Origin: Bacilli bacterium
Lineage (GTDB): Bacteria; Bacillota_I; Bacilli_A; RFN20; CAG-288
Assembly: GCA_900770925.1 (NCBI GenBank)
Contig: CAAGLY010000024.1
Coordinates: forward strand, 1,735 to 65,734
Direction: 5' to 3'
Length of the DNA stretch: 64,000 nucleotides
Shown: in pieces, positions 46,243-56,043 of the stretch
Layout of the letters: every line of letters starts with the position of its first letter
Numbering within the stretch: the stretch's first letter is position 1
Notes under the pieces: generated by a model
What the model saw: only the letters and a program-made list of their open reading frames with translations
Database searches by the model: none
Told to the model about the DNA's origin: nothing
Position numbers and translations under genes: made by a program

Positions 46243-49162
46243 CGTACTTCACGGAATTACCGGTGTGCGGATTCTTCTTGGCGAATTCCTTGTCTTTCTT
46301 GAAAGCCTTACGTTTCTTACGCCTTTCCTTGGCTTCTTTCGAACCAGAATTGGCAATAATCTTGAATCCACGTTTGAGGGCATAGCCGGCTAAACCGGTG
46401 ATCTTATCTTCCGCTCTTCTCCTATCGGTCCTCTCCGGATGGTCACGGACAAGATGGATAGCATCGAAGTGGCAGCGGGTCGTGCAGATACCGCAGCCGA
46501 TGCACTTGTGCGGATCGACAATCGAGGCACCGCATTCAAGGCAGCGTGCCGTCTCTTTTTTGACCTGCTCTTCGGTGAAGGTTCCGTGTCCGTCACGGAA
46601 GCTCCTCTTCTGGTCGAAAGAAGTGTCATTGTTCTTGACCTCTTCCCGTCCGGCATGGTCATAGTCATCGAGCTTGATATCGAATTTATCGAATTCGATG
46701 AAGTAACGGCGGTCACGTCCGATGGTCAGCGAGGCATTCTCGTGGACATGGCGGTGAAGAGACTCGGCAGCTTCATGTCCGGCAGCAATAGCGTTGATGA
46801 CAAACTTCGGACCGGTGTAGACATCACCTCCGACAAAGATATCCGGATCGGCGGTCTGATAGGTGAACTTATCGGCAAGCGGATAGTTTCCGTGCCAGAA
46901 GGTAACCTTGGAATCCTTGAGCAGATCGCCCCAGACAATGCTCTGTCCGATGGCAAAGACAATGTGTTTGCAGTAGATGGTCTTCGTGATGCTCTCATCA
47001 TACTTCGGAGAGAACTTCTTGGTCTCCGGATCAATGACCTGAGTGCACTTCTTTAAGACAATGCCGGAGACATGTCCGTTTTCATCGACTAAGACTTCCT
47101 TAGGTCCATAGCTAGGATAAATCGTGATATCTTCGGCTTCCGCCTCAGCAATCTCTTCCTTGCTGGCCGGCCTGATGTCCCGGCTCTCTAAGCAGCACCT
47201 AGAGACACTCGGAGCATGGAAACGATGGGCAGTCCGTGCGCAGTCGATTGCGACATTTCCGCCGCCGATGACAACGACATCGCCGTCTAAGACCTGATTC
47301 TGGTCTTCGGTTGCATGATGGAGGAAGTCAACGGCGATATCGGTTCCTTCTGCCCTATCGTTAGCGACACCCGGACGTTTTCCGCCCTGGCATCCGATAG
47401 CGATATAGAAGGCCTTATAGCCCTGCTTCTTCAGTTCATCGATTGTGATATCCTTGCCAACTTCGACTCCGCAGCGGATATCGACGCCTAACTGTTTGAT
47501 GACATCGATTTCGGCATCGATGACATTCTTCTCTAACTTATAGGAAGGAATACCGTATCTCCTCCTGCCGCCAGGAAGCCTGTTTTTTTCAAAGACGGTC
47601 GGCTTATATCCCATCGTTGCAAGATAGTAGGCACAGCTTAAACCAGCAGGTCCGGCACCGATGATGGCGATCTTCTCATCCCATTCGCCATTGACCTTGG
47701 CAACGATCTTCTCTGGGATGTAACGGTCTTTTTCATTGATTTCCTTATCGGCAAGGAACTTCTTGACTTCATCGATAGCAACAGCCTGATCGATGGTTCC
47801 ACGGGTACAAGCTGCTTCGCATTTACGGTTGCAGACACGTCCGCAGACGGCTGGGAACGGATTCTCTTTCTTGATTAAAGCAAGAGCTTCTTTGTAACGT
47901 CCCTGGCTTGCAAGCTTGAGATAGCCTTCGACTGGAACATGGGCCGGGCAAGCGGTCTTGCATGGAGCAGTACCGCTCTTATAGGTGTTGTAACGGGCGG
48001 TATCACGATAGTTCTCATCCCAGGCATATTTGCCCCAGTGGATTTTATCCGGAAGCGGAGCCTGAGGATAGGTCCTCGGACCTTCTTTCGTGCAGAGCTT
48101 CTGGCCAAGTTTGACGGCACCGGCTGGGCAGGATTCTACGCAGTAGCCGCAGGCGACGCAGTTCTTCGGATCTACTTTAGCGGTGTAGGAGGAACGGCTC
48201 CTGTTCGGAGTGTTGTAAAGCAGGGAGGTACGTAAAGCGTTGCAGATCTTGACATCGCAGTTGCAGATGTCGAAGATATGGTCTTCACCATCGATGTTTG
48301 TAATCTGATGGACAAAGCCGTTTTCTTCGGATTTCTTTAAAATGTCTAAGGCTTCTTCTTTGGTGATGTAGTGTGCACGTCCTGTTTCAACGGTGTAATC
48401 AGCCCTGTCACCGACCTGGATACACCAATCCCTTGGATCATCGGCACAGCCTTCCCCTAATTTTGTACGGGAATAACGGCAAGAGCAGATGCCGGCAGAA
48501 AGATGGCCGTCGTATTTCTTAAGCCAGTAGGAGATCTTTTCGAGCTTGACAGCTTCGTTGTTGCTTTCGATGGCTTTTTCGACCGGGATGACGTGCCTTC
48601 CGATACCATCACCGCCAGGACGGACCATCGAGGTGATTTTCTCAAGCGGGAGGAAAGTCCTACGTTCGAAAAAGGAAGCAACGGCTGGAGCCTTATCGAC
48701 TCTGTCTTTCGTGGAATTGAATAATTCAGCAGAGCCCGGAACGAAATAGGAAAGACGGAAACGTTTTTCCTTTGGAGCATCTTTGATCGGACCATTATCA
48801 TCATAATGATCTCCATAGTCGTATTCGATAAGACCATGGACACAGAGCTGGTCTAATGTATTCTTGAAATCAAGTGGTTCGAATTCCTTCTTGTTCTTTT
48901 CATAAAGCTCATCGAAGGTATACCACTTACGCTGTTTCCTTTTTAAAACGATGTCGCACTCTCTTTCCGAGATGACTTCGCGTAATCCCCAGAATTCAGG
49001 GTCCTTTGTTTTGACACCGCCAAGCTTGGTGTTGACGTTATCGGTAATCTTCTGTCCTACTTTGCACAGCTTTTTGAAGTAGCGCTCTTCGTCTTTGTTC
49101 TTAGGAACGGCATTTTCGTATTTTGAAATCGTCTCCGGATTCAATTTGAACTGCTCTGGCAT
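46235..49162 (-). CDS. Multidomain Fe-S flavoprotein (975 aa), YgfK/GltD-like: a ~300-aa N-terminal domain, 4Fe-4S ferredoxin motifs, a GltD-type FAD/NAD(P)H oxidoreductase core and a C-terminal 2x[4Fe-4S] domain with a basic tail.
   Basis: CVACGYCVESCP; CGRVCNRKCEAAC (GltD-like N-cluster); IAIIGAGPAGLSCAYYL and VVVIGGGNVAIDCAR dinucleotide folds; CLECGASIVDPHKCIGCGICTTRC. It is tightly packed between hypB and hypA (2-bp gaps). Confidence 0.6.
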   Translation of the reverse strand: MPEQFKLNPETISKYENAVPKNKDEERYFKKLCKVGQKITDNVNTKLGGVKTKDPEFWGLREVISERECDIVLKRKQRKWYTFDELYEKNKKEFEPLDFKNTLDQLCVHGLIEYDYGDHYDDNGPIKDAPKEKRFRLSYFVPGSAELFNSTKDRVDKAPAVASFFERRTFLPLEKITSMVRPGGDGIGRHVIPVEKAIESNNEAVKLEKISYWLKKYDGHLSAGICSCRYSRTKLGEGCADDPRDWCIQVGDRADYTVETGRAHYITKEEALDILKKSEENGFVHQITNIDGEDHIFDICNCDVKICNALRTSLLYNTPNRSRSSYTAKVDPKNCVACGYCVESCPAGAVKLGQKLCTKEGPRTYPQAPLPDKIHWGKYAWDENYRDTARYNTYKSGTAPCKTACPAHVPVEGYLKLASQGRYKEALALIKKENPFPAVCGRVCNRKCEAACTRGTIDQAVAIDEVKKFLADKEINEKDRYIPEKIVAKVNGEWDEKIAIIGAGPAGLSCAYYLATMGYKPTVFEKNRLPGGRRRYGIPSYKLEKNVIDAEIDVIKQLGVDIRCGVEVGKDITIDELKKQGYKAFYIAIGCQGGKRPGVANDRAEGTDIAVDFLHHATEDQNQVLDGDVVVIGGGNVAIDCARTAHRFHAPSVSRCCLESRDIRPASKEEIAEAEAEDITIYPSYGPKEVLVDENGHVSGIVLKKCTQVIDPETKKFSPKYDESITKTIYCKHIVFAIGQSIVWGDLLKDSKVTFWHGNYPLADKFTYQTADPDIFVGGDVYTGPKFVINAIAAGHEAAESLHRHVHENASLTIGRDRRYFIEFDKFDIKLDDYDHAGREEVKNNDTSFDQKRSFRDGHGTFTEEQVKKETARCLECGASIVDPHKCIGCGICTTRCHFDAIHLVRDHPERTDRRRAEDKITGLAGYALKRGFKIIANSGSKEAKERRKKRKAFKKDKEFAKKNPHTGNSVKYDA

Positions 49163-49164
49163 AG

Positions 49165-49836
49165 CTATTTATTCCACCTTTCTATTTTTTCTTTCCTGAA
49201 TTTGGCTAATTCATCCCTTCCTTCATTGCTCTTAGCGGATACTTTGATGATGACAGAATCCGGATTTCGTTTCTTAATCCATTTTTCAGCAAATCCGAAG
49301 TCGAAGTCGAAGTATTCCTTTGTATCCCTCTTGGTGATGACAACTACATCTGCTTTTTCGAACATCAGGGGATATTTCTCTGGTTTGTCATCTCCTTCCG
49401 GTATGGATAGAAGAGCCCTGTTCCTGGATGCCCCTGTATCGAATTCTGCTGGGCAGACTAGATTTCCGACGTTTTCGAGAATCAGGAAGTCGAGTCCTTT
49501 TTCATCGAGCGCTGTGATGGCTTCTTTTGTCCTAGTGGCATCGAGATGGCACCTTCCTCCCGTATGGACCTGGATGGATTTTGCTCCGGTCTTCTCTGCA
49601 ACGGAGATTGCATCGACAGAGGAATCAATATCAGCTTCCCTGACTCCGATGACAAAATCGGATTTCCTTCGGTTGATCAGATTAATCAATAAAGTGGTCT
49701 TACCGGCCCCTGGAGAGGACCTTACATTCAATAAGAAGGTATGGTTCTGCTTCAGTTCTCTTCTTAAATCATCCGCCTCTCTTCCATTCGGGGCGAATAT
49801 GCTTTCGTGTACATCGATTACCTTTGGCTGGTTCAT
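49165..49836 (-). CDS. hypB: Nickel-insertion GTPase HypB.
   Basis: SPGAGKTTLL is the P-loop. ENVGNLVCP and the G-domain are present. 223 aa. Confidence 0.7.
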   Translation of the reverse strand: MNQPKVIDVHESIFAPNGREADDLRRELKQNHTFLLNVRSSPGAGKTTLLINLINRRKSDFVIGVREADIDSSVDAISVAEKTGAKSIQVHTGGRCHLDATRTKEAITALDEKGLDFLILENVGNLVCPAEFDTGASRNRALLSIPEGDDKPEKYPLMFEKADVVVITKRDTKEYFDFDFGFAEKWIKKRNPDSVIIKVSAKSNEGRDELAKFRKEKIERWNK

Positions 49837-49907
49837 AAAGATGATTTCTTCCTATAATAAATATACTTCTTTATGATAGCAGAAGAAAAGTACTATCATA
49901 AGAAAAA

Positions 49908-49943
49908 GCCTGTTTCTAGCTGTTTTTTCAGCTAGGGACAGGC
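49908..49943 (-). terminator. Terminator after the MATE gene (minus strand).
   Basis: GCCTGTTTCTAGCTG-ttttttc-CAGCTAGGGACAGGC 14-bp stem. The minus strand continues with TTTTTCTT. Confidence 0.6.
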
Positions 49944-49975
49944 ATGTAAAGTTATGTTTTATAAGTTAGGTATAA

Positions 49976-51445
49976 CTAATTGTTCTTAGCAGAAGGCATT
50001 GCCTCTGTTTCATGGAACTTCGCAAAGGATTTCTTCTGCAGATGGAGAATGATTGGAATATAAATCAAATCGATGAGAACCCAGGAGATTGGGAAGGTGG
50101 CATAGAGCCAAATCCTGGTGTGGAACGTTTCCATCGGGAATATCGTATAAAGGAACAGGATACGGCTTCCCGTAGCTCCAAAGAGAATAATCAGGGCTGG
50201 TGCTAAAGAGTGTTTCCTTCCACGCAGGTAGTTACTGTCGACATCCCTGATACCATTGAGTACTTCCCTTGTAATAACAATCTTCCTTCGTTCCTGGCCG
50301 GCAAGAATAGCGTGTTCCTGGTTGACGACTTCGCCATCCTGTGTCTTCGTCAAGAAGATCTTTAACAGAGGCTCGGAGCAGCCCCTAGCGATACAAACGG
50401 CAACTGAAGTGAAGATTGCCATCCAGATTTGACTGTACCAGAAGACTTTCTTTACGTTTTCTTCCTTTTTGGCACCGAAGTTCTGGCCGACAAAGGAGAT
50501 ACAGGCTGCTGCACAGGAATCCGTAATTGCAAAGACATAGTTTTCAATTGTGTTGGCAGCTGCGCTTCCGGCAACGATTTCATCATCGCTGATAAGCTGT
50601 CCTGCTAAGGTAAGTCCATGGATGGAATAAAGAGAAGATTGGATTAAGACGTTCGGGATTCCAAAGCCAAGACCTTGCAATCCAGATGGAATACCGATTT
50701 TAAGGATTTCGAGAAGGACATCTTTCTGTGGGATGAGCTCATGGATGTTCAGACGTACGAAGCCTTTGTGGTTGAAAACAAGGAAGAGAGTGACGAATAG
50801 AGCAGAGCAGGCCTCGCTGATGACAGTTGCATAGGCGACACCGGCGACATCCCTATGTCCATAGATGACAAAGAGGAAATCAGCGATGACGTTGATGACT
50901 CCAGAGGCACCAAGGATTAACAAAGGACGTTTGGAGTCTCCAAGACCCATCCTAAGCTGAGCACCAAAATCATAAAGAATCAAGAACGGCCTTCCGAGGA
51001 AGTAGATGTGAAGGTAGGTGGTGGAATTCTCTAAGATATCTTTTGGAGTATTCCTCCATCCGAGAAGGACTGGAGTCCTGAAATATCCGAAGATGGCGAC
51101 GATAATGCCGGCACAGATAGCTAGGAAGTAGGAGTTGCCCATGACTTTGGCCGCTCTTTCCTTGTTTTTGGCACCTCTTTCGTTTCCAATGGCAACGTTA
51201 GAGCCAAGTGCCATGGAGACAAATAAGGTAACAACAAGGTTAATTAATGCGGTGTTGGATCCGATTGCAGACCTGGAGTTTGATCCGCCTCCGTAGTTTG
51301 CAACGGTGAAGAGGTCGACTGTCGAGAAGAGAAGCTGTAGGACGGTTGAACAAGCCATCGGGATGGCAAAAAGAGGGATTTTCCAGAATAGTTTTCCACT
51401 GGTCAGATCCCTTTCGGCAAAGGATTTCTTTTTTGTTTCACTCAT
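49976..51445 (-). CDS. MATE-family efflux transporter.
   Basis: 489 aa, 12-TM, with a MATE N-terminal motif (LFWKIPLFAIPMACSTVLQLLFSTVDLFTV). Confidence 0.7.
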   Translation of the reverse strand: MSETKKKSFAERDLTSGKLFWKIPLFAIPMACSTVLQLLFSTVDLFTVANYGGGSNSRSAIGSNTALINLVVTLFVSMALGSNVAIGNERGAKNKERAAKVMGNSYFLAICAGIIVAIFGYFRTPVLLGWRNTPKDILENSTTYLHIYFLGRPFLILYDFGAQLRMGLGDSKRPLLILGASGVINVIADFLFVIYGHRDVAGVAYATVISEACSALFVTLFLVFNHKGFVRLNIHELIPQKDVLLEILKIGIPSGLQGLGFGIPNVLIQSSLYSIHGLTLAGQLISDDEIVAGSAAANTIENYVFAITDSCAAACISFVGQNFGAKKEENVKKVFWYSQIWMAIFTSVAVCIARGCSEPLLKIFLTKTQDGEVVNQEHAILAGQERRKIVITREVLNGIRDVDSNYLRGRKHSLAPALIILFGATGSRILFLYTIFPMETFHTRIWLYATFPISWVLIDLIYIPIILHLQKKSFAKFHETEAMPSAKNN

Positions 51446-51522
51446 AACAATAACAATGTAACTGACTATTGAACGTCAATTACTTTATTCCTTTTGTTTC
51501 CCTTCTATTTAGAAAAGCGGTT

Positions 51523-52908
51523 TCAGTTTTTTGCTTGAGGTCTGCTTTTCCTAGCATGATGCAGGAAAAGGAAAGAAAAACCACAAGTGATGACTTCTGC
51601 GATCGGGAATGCTGCCCAGAACAGGATTCCGTTCTTGTCTAAGAAAAGGAATAAGAAGCAGAACGAAAGCGGAAATAGAAGAAGTCGGAAAAAGGAAATC
51701 AGAACCGGAGAATATACCTTATTCAATCCTTGCAATACTCCTTGGATTGAAATACAGATTCCCATGAAGATATATCCAGAGGATGCAATATACAATGCCC
51801 TTTTGCACCTGTTGATGAGTTCGTCTTTTTCCGTGGCGGAAGAACTGACAGTCAAAGCAAATAAGGAGCTAATAGGACCAGCTAAGGATTCATAGAGGAT
51901 GGTAATAACAAAAGTCGCAATCCTCGTAGCTAAAACGCTTTGCTTGGCACAATTCTTTACTCGCTTCCTGTTTTTCCTTCCATAGTTATAGGAGACAATG
52001 GAAATGGTTGCATTGGATAATCCAAAAGCAGCAAACCTTGCTATCTGCCTGAGCTTATAGTAAATTCCGTAACTACCGGATAGAAGTTCTTTAAGAGAAG
52101 TATCTTTGCATGTTCCTATAATTAAGAGAACTGCAAACATCATGACAGAGAGCCTGGCTTGCATTAAAAAGGCAGGAAAACCAATTTTATAGATCTCTAA
52201 GATAGTTTTTCCATTTGGCTTCCTATATTTTAAGTTTCCGTTGATTTCTTTGTTTTTGGTGTAGTGGATGATAAGGGCAAGAAGAAGGGAGAAAATCTGT
52301 CCGATTATGGTGGCATAGGCAGTGCCTTTGATTCCTAAGTTCCTTGGGTAGATAAAGACATAATCCAGAAGAATGTTAATCAAAGCACCTGATATCTGGC
52401 AGATCCTTGAATAACCTGTCTTACCAGTAGACATGAGAAAGCGTTCGACCACGGCATATCCAATAGAGCCGATAGAAAGAGTACAGCAGATGCTCAGGTA
52501 GTCAGATCCCCTTTCGATGACTTCGGGATTATCACTCCTGAGTCTCCTATAGGGCTTTGTTAAAAAAAGACCGAAAAGGAGAAAAAGAATATAGAAGCAG
52601 AGGGCTAGGAATAATCCATTGCCAGCAGTCTGATTTGCCTCTTCGTTTTTCTTTTCTCCGAGGTTACGGCTTAGTTTTGCATTTAGACCAACACCGGTTC
52701 CTACTCCAATTGCAATCCTAAGAATCTGAACTGGAAATGCAGCAGATAAAGCTAAATTTCCAAGGGTTCCTTTCTCTCCCCTGTTAATAACAAAGACCGT
52801 ATCCACAACGTTGTATAAGGCCTGAAGGACCCTAGAGACGATCCTTGGCAGTCCCATAGTCCATATGAGTTTTCCTTCTTTCCTTGTTCCCCTTTTGTTT
52901 TCTTGCAT
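51523..52908 (-). CDS. MATE-family efflux transporter (second, divergent paralog).
   Basis: 461 aa, polytopic; LIWTMGLPRIVSRVLQALYNVVDTVFV. Confidence 0.65.
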   Translation of the reverse strand: MQENKRGTRKEGKLIWTMGLPRIVSRVLQALYNVVDTVFVINRGEKGTLGNLALSAAFPVQILRIAIGVGTGVGLNAKLSRNLGEKKNEEANQTAGNGLFLALCFYILFLLFGLFLTKPYRRLRSDNPEVIERGSDYLSICCTLSIGSIGYAVVERFLMSTGKTGYSRICQISGALINILLDYVFIYPRNLGIKGTAYATIIGQIFSLLLALIIHYTKNKEINGNLKYRKPNGKTILEIYKIGFPAFLMQARLSVMMFAVLLIIGTCKDTSLKELLSGSYGIYYKLRQIARFAAFGLSNATISIVSYNYGRKNRKRVKNCAKQSVLATRIATFVITILYESLAGPISSLFALTVSSSATEKDELINRCKRALYIASSGYIFMGICISIQGVLQGLNKVYSPVLISFFRLLLFPLSFCFLFLFLDKNGILFWAAFPIAEVITCGFSFLFLHHARKSRPQAKN

Positions 52909-52935
52909 TGCATGCCTCCTTTGAAAAAGAAAATA

Positions 52936-52970
52936 GGCGTAAGAACGGCCTAATTAGCCGGACTTACGCC
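52936..52970 (-). promoter_or_regulatory. Two-tier hairpin in the 5-prime leader of the MATE gene (28 nt upstream of its start).
   Basis: GGCGTAAG...CTTACGCC outer stem enclosing GGC-taatta-GCC. Confidence 0.25.
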
Positions 52971-53198
52971 TATGGAAAGGCAGCACACTAACTTTTTTAT
53001 TTTAATCTGTTTTTCTAAAAATATGCTTCATTTGATAAGATGAAAGCGTTTCCTAATACAGTAAACAGATATGTGTTAATCTAAGTTAAACGAAATCAAC
53101 CTATCTGTTTGATTTGGAAAAATGAAATTCATCCTTTGTTTTTGGTTTATCCTCTGTTCCGTTCTTTTGAGCTCCAATGGCTATAGTAAATTTAAAAT

Positions 53199-53226
53199 TT
53201 GCTTTTTACTTTATAAATGGTATGAT
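53199..53226 (+). promoter_or_regulatory. Candidate promoter for the ABC-2 operon: -35 TTGCTT, 16-bp spacer, extended -10 TGgTATGAT.
   Basis: tttgctttttactttataaatggtatgat lies ~75 nt upstream of ATG 53300. Confidence 0.35.
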
Positions 53227-53299
53227 TTATGCGAATTGCAAATAGGTAGACAATATTCTATTGGAATACTTTTTATTCCTTTCGGAAAGGAGCAGTAAG

Positions 53300-54214
53300 A
53301 TGAATGACATTATCCGGGTTGATCATCTGAACAAATCATTTGCAGATGTTAAGGCTGTAAAAGATTTGAGTTTGCGAGTGAAAGAAGGAGAGCTTTATGC
53401 TTTTCTCGGTGTTAATGGAGCTGGTAAATCCACAACCATTAATATTCTCTGCGGACAGCTTTCGAAAGATAGCGGAACCATTGAAATCGATGGACATGAT
53501 TTGGATAAGGAACTCGATGAAATTAAGAAAGAACTCGGTGTTGTCTTCCAATCATCGGTTTTAGATTCCCGTCTTTCTGTTTACGATAATCTAGAATCCC
53601 GTGCTTCCTTATATGGAATCAAGGGAGAAGAATTCAAGAACAGACTCGAGGAGCTTTCTTCTCTTCTGGATTTTAAGAACTTATTAAAACGGCCAGTCGG
53701 AAAGCTCTCTGGCGGTCAGAGAAGACGAATTGATGTTGCCAGAGCTCTTTTGAATCACCCTAAGATTCTAATTCTGGATGAACCAACGACTGGACTTGAT
53801 CCGCAGACGAGAAAAAATCTGTGGGAGGTTATCTCCTCTCTTCGGAAGAAAGACAATAGGACTGTCTTTCTGACGACTCATTATAGGGAAGAGGCTGCCG
53901 ATGCGGATTATGTTGTTATCTTGGATGATGGAAAGATTGCAGATGAAGGAACTTGTCTTGAACTGAAGAATAAGTATACCGGCGACTATATAACAATCTA
54001 TAACACGAAGGAAGAAGCGGTAAAGAAACTCGGACATAGTTACAAGGCAAGAAAAGACTCTTTCCGAATCTTGGTAAAGAACACAAAAGAAGCAACGGAA
54101 CTGATTCTATCCCATCCCGATGTCTTTGTGGATTACGAAATCACAAAAGGAAAGAGGGATGATGTCTTCCTTGCCGTGACTGGTAAGGACTTAAGCGGAG
54201 GAAACAACCAATGA
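53300..54214 (+). CDS. ABC transporter ATP-binding protein (ABC-2/exporter type).
   Basis: GVNGAGKST, LSGGQRRR, ILILDEPTTGLD. The start ATG 53300 follows AAAGGAG and is in frame with ORF 53261. Confidence 0.75.
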   Translation: MNDIIRVDHLNKSFADVKAVKDLSLRVKEGELYAFLGVNGAGKSTTINILCGQLSKDSGTIEIDGHDLDKELDEIKKELGVVFQSSVLDSRLSVYDNLESRASLYGIKGEEFKNRLEELSSLLDFKNLLKRPVGKLSGGQRRRIDVARALLNHPKILILDEPTTGLDPQTRKNLWEVISSLRKKDNRTVFLTTHYREEAADADYVVILDDGKIADEGTCLELKNKYTGDYITIYNTKEEAVKKLGHSYKARKDSFRILVKNTKEATELILSHPDVFVDYEITKGKRDDVFLAVTGKDLSGGNNQ

Positions 54215-55098
54215 GCATCTTGTTCTCACTTAGGAAACGAAACATCAAATTATTCTTTAAAGATAAAGGAAGGTTCTTTACTTCTCTTATTACACCGGCC
54301 ATTCTTCTTGTTCTCTATAGGACTTTTCTTGGCAACATCTACAAACAGTCTATTCCAGAGTCCTTAGGCCTCTCCGACAAAATTGTCTCTGGCTTTGCAG
54401 GAGCACAGATTATCTCCTCGATGCTTGCTGTATCCTGTGTTACCGTCGCATTCTGCTCAAACTTCTTAAGGGTTCAGGATAAGGCCAATGGAACCATCAA
54501 GGACTTTCGGATTTCGCCAGCTAAGCCATCCATCATTGCCTTAGCTTATTATCTTTCAACTCTGGTTTCGACTCTTCTTATCTGCTATTGTGCAGCCGCT
54601 CTTTGCTTTATCTATCTTGGCATAATCGGATGGTATAGGAGTGCTGCGGATGTCTTCCTTCTGTTACTAGACGTCTTCCTGCTTTCCCTTTTCGGAACAG
54701 CACTGTCTTCCTTGATTAACTTCTTCTTGACTAGTCAGGGACAAATTGCTGCGATTGGTACGATTGTCTCTGCTGGATACGGATTCATCAGCGGTGCCTA
54801 TAGGCCGATTAGTACTTTTAATAAAGTACTTCAGAACATCTCTGGTTTCTTGCCAAGCGTCTATGGAACTGTATTGATGCGGAACCATTCTCTGAACGGA
54901 GTGCTTCTGGCAAGGCGGGAAGCTGGAAGGAATGATACATTCATCGAAGGCTTAAAGAACTCAACGGACTGCAATTTCTATTTCTTTGATCACAAAGTGT
55001 CCTTCTTAGCAAGGTATCTCGTTCTGATCCTTACCATTGTTGTTCTGATTCTTGTCTATATCCTTCTGAATTACCTTAAGCCGAGAAAGAAAAAGTAG
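54211..55098 (+). CDS. ABC-2 family permease.
   Basis: 295 aa, 6 TM, with a start overlapping the ATPase stop. Confidence 0.6.
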   Translation: MSILFSLRKRNIKLFFKDKGRFFTSLITPAILLVLYRTFLGNIYKQSIPESLGLSDKIVSGFAGAQIISSMLAVSCVTVAFCSNFLRVQDKANGTIKDFRISPAKPSIIALAYYLSTLVSTLLICYCAAALCFIYLGIIGWYRSAADVFLLLLDVFLLSLFGTALSSLINFFLTSQGQIAAIGTIVSAGYGFISGAYRPISTFNKVLQNISGFLPSVYGTVLMRNHSLNGVLLARREAGRNDTFIEGLKNSTDCNFYFFDHKVSFLARYLVLILTIVVLILVYILLNYLKPRKKK

Positions 55099-55119
55099 TT
55101 GTTCTTTTAAAACAAAAGA

Positions 55120-55148
55120 GGGTTCTCCGGAACGGAGGACCCTTTTTC
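55120..55148. terminator. Bidirectional intrinsic terminator between the ABC-2 operon (+) and tRNA-Arg (-).
   Basis: GGGTTCTCCG gaac GGAGGACCC stem with TTTTT on the plus side and CTCTTTTGTTTT on the minus side. Confidence 0.6.
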
Positions 55149-55226
55149 TGGTGACCCTGAAGGGACTTGAACCCTTGGCCCCCTGATTCGAAGTCAGGTG
55201 CTCTAATCCAACTGAGCTACAGGGCC
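55149..55226 (-). tRNA. tRNA-Arg, anticodon TCG as read.
   Basis: Manual fold of the minus strand: GGCCCTG-TA-GCTC-AGTTGGATTA-GAGC-A-CCTGA-CTTCGAA-TCAGG-GGGCC-AAGGG-TTCAAGT-CCCTT-CAGGGTC-A-CCA. U33 and A37 are present, A20 is in the D-loop, and CCA is encoded. Confidence 0.8.
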
Positions 55227-55271
55227 GGTGCGGAAAACATTATAGCAAGGAAAGGACTTCACGAAAAGAAA

Positions 55272-55311
55272 ATGCCTGAAGCTTTTTGCTTCAGGCATGA
55301 TTTTATTTTTT
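55272..55311. terminator. Bidirectional terminator between the tRNA and the GDPD gene.
   Basis: Perfect 11-bp stem ATGCCTGAAGC ttttt GCTTCAGGCAT with T-tracts on both strands. Confidence 0.6.
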
Positions 55312-56037
55312 CTCTTCGATTTTAGAACGAATCAACTCTGCCGGCAATTCCTGGAAGGTGATCCTGTCTGCGTAGTGGAGTGATATTTCAAGTTTATCTT
55401 CGCTGTTGATGGTCCAGGAATTCAGAAGGTGCTTCTTCTGGTAATTCCTGACTTTTTTCTCTTTCAGCCTGACCCATTCGATATCGACGGAGTCAAAGAA
55501 ATGGCGGAAGAAGAAAACATCTTCTCTCTGCTTTGCAATCAGTAAGGAAGTATGGATCTTTGTTTTCTTCCTGCGAATCAAGGCTCTTGGATCAAAGGCA
55601 ATAATCCTAAAGTTTCTCTTGTCTTTGATTTTGCTTAGTTCTTCTCTTGCTCTTCTTGCCAGAGGACCATTGTTTCTCTTATAGGTCTTTAGTTCAACGA
55701 GCATTGGAACCTTTTCCTTGACTAAGCCTAGAACTTCTTGGAAGGTAGGAAGCTGTTCCCCGTCTAATAAACGGTAGTTGTCTTTGATTTCTTGGATTGT
55801 CCTATTTTCTACAATACCTTCTTTTCCAGTGACTCTCTTTAAATCAGAGTCATGGACAACAATCAGCTGATTGTCCTTGGTAAGATGGACATCGAGTTCA
55901 ATTGCCCTATTGTGGTCGAGGGCATTTTGGAAGGCTTTCCTTCCATTTTCGGTGAATTCCTTGGTATGGAGTCCACGATGTGCACATCCTTTGAAGAATA
56001 AGGGATTGAGATCCTGAATGAGTTTTTCTTTTTTCAT
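55303..56037 (-). CDS. Glycerophosphodiester phosphodiesterase (GlpQ/UgpQ family).
   Basis: CAHRGLHTKEFTENGRKAF...ELDVHLTKDNQLIVVHD is the canonical GDPD HR(G)...E.D...H.D signature. Confidence 0.75.
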   Translation of the reverse strand: MKKEKLIQDLNPLFFKGCAHRGLHTKEFTENGRKAFQNALDHNRAIELDVHLTKDNQLIVVHDSDLKRVTGKEGIVENRTIQEIKDNYRLLDGEQLPTFQEVLGLVKEKVPMLVELKTYKRNNGPLARRAREELSKIKDKRNFRIIAFDPRALIRRKKTKIHTSLLIAKQREDVFFFRHFFDSVDIEWVRLKEKKVRNYQKKHLLNSWTINSEDKLEISLHYADRITFQELPAELIRSKIEEKK

Positions 56038-56043
56038 GTTCGG

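Noticed and set aside
46439-47056. Plus-strand 205-aa ORF inside the Fe-S flavoprotein gene
   Set aside because: It is antisense to a gene with strong cofactor-binding motifs and is an artefact.
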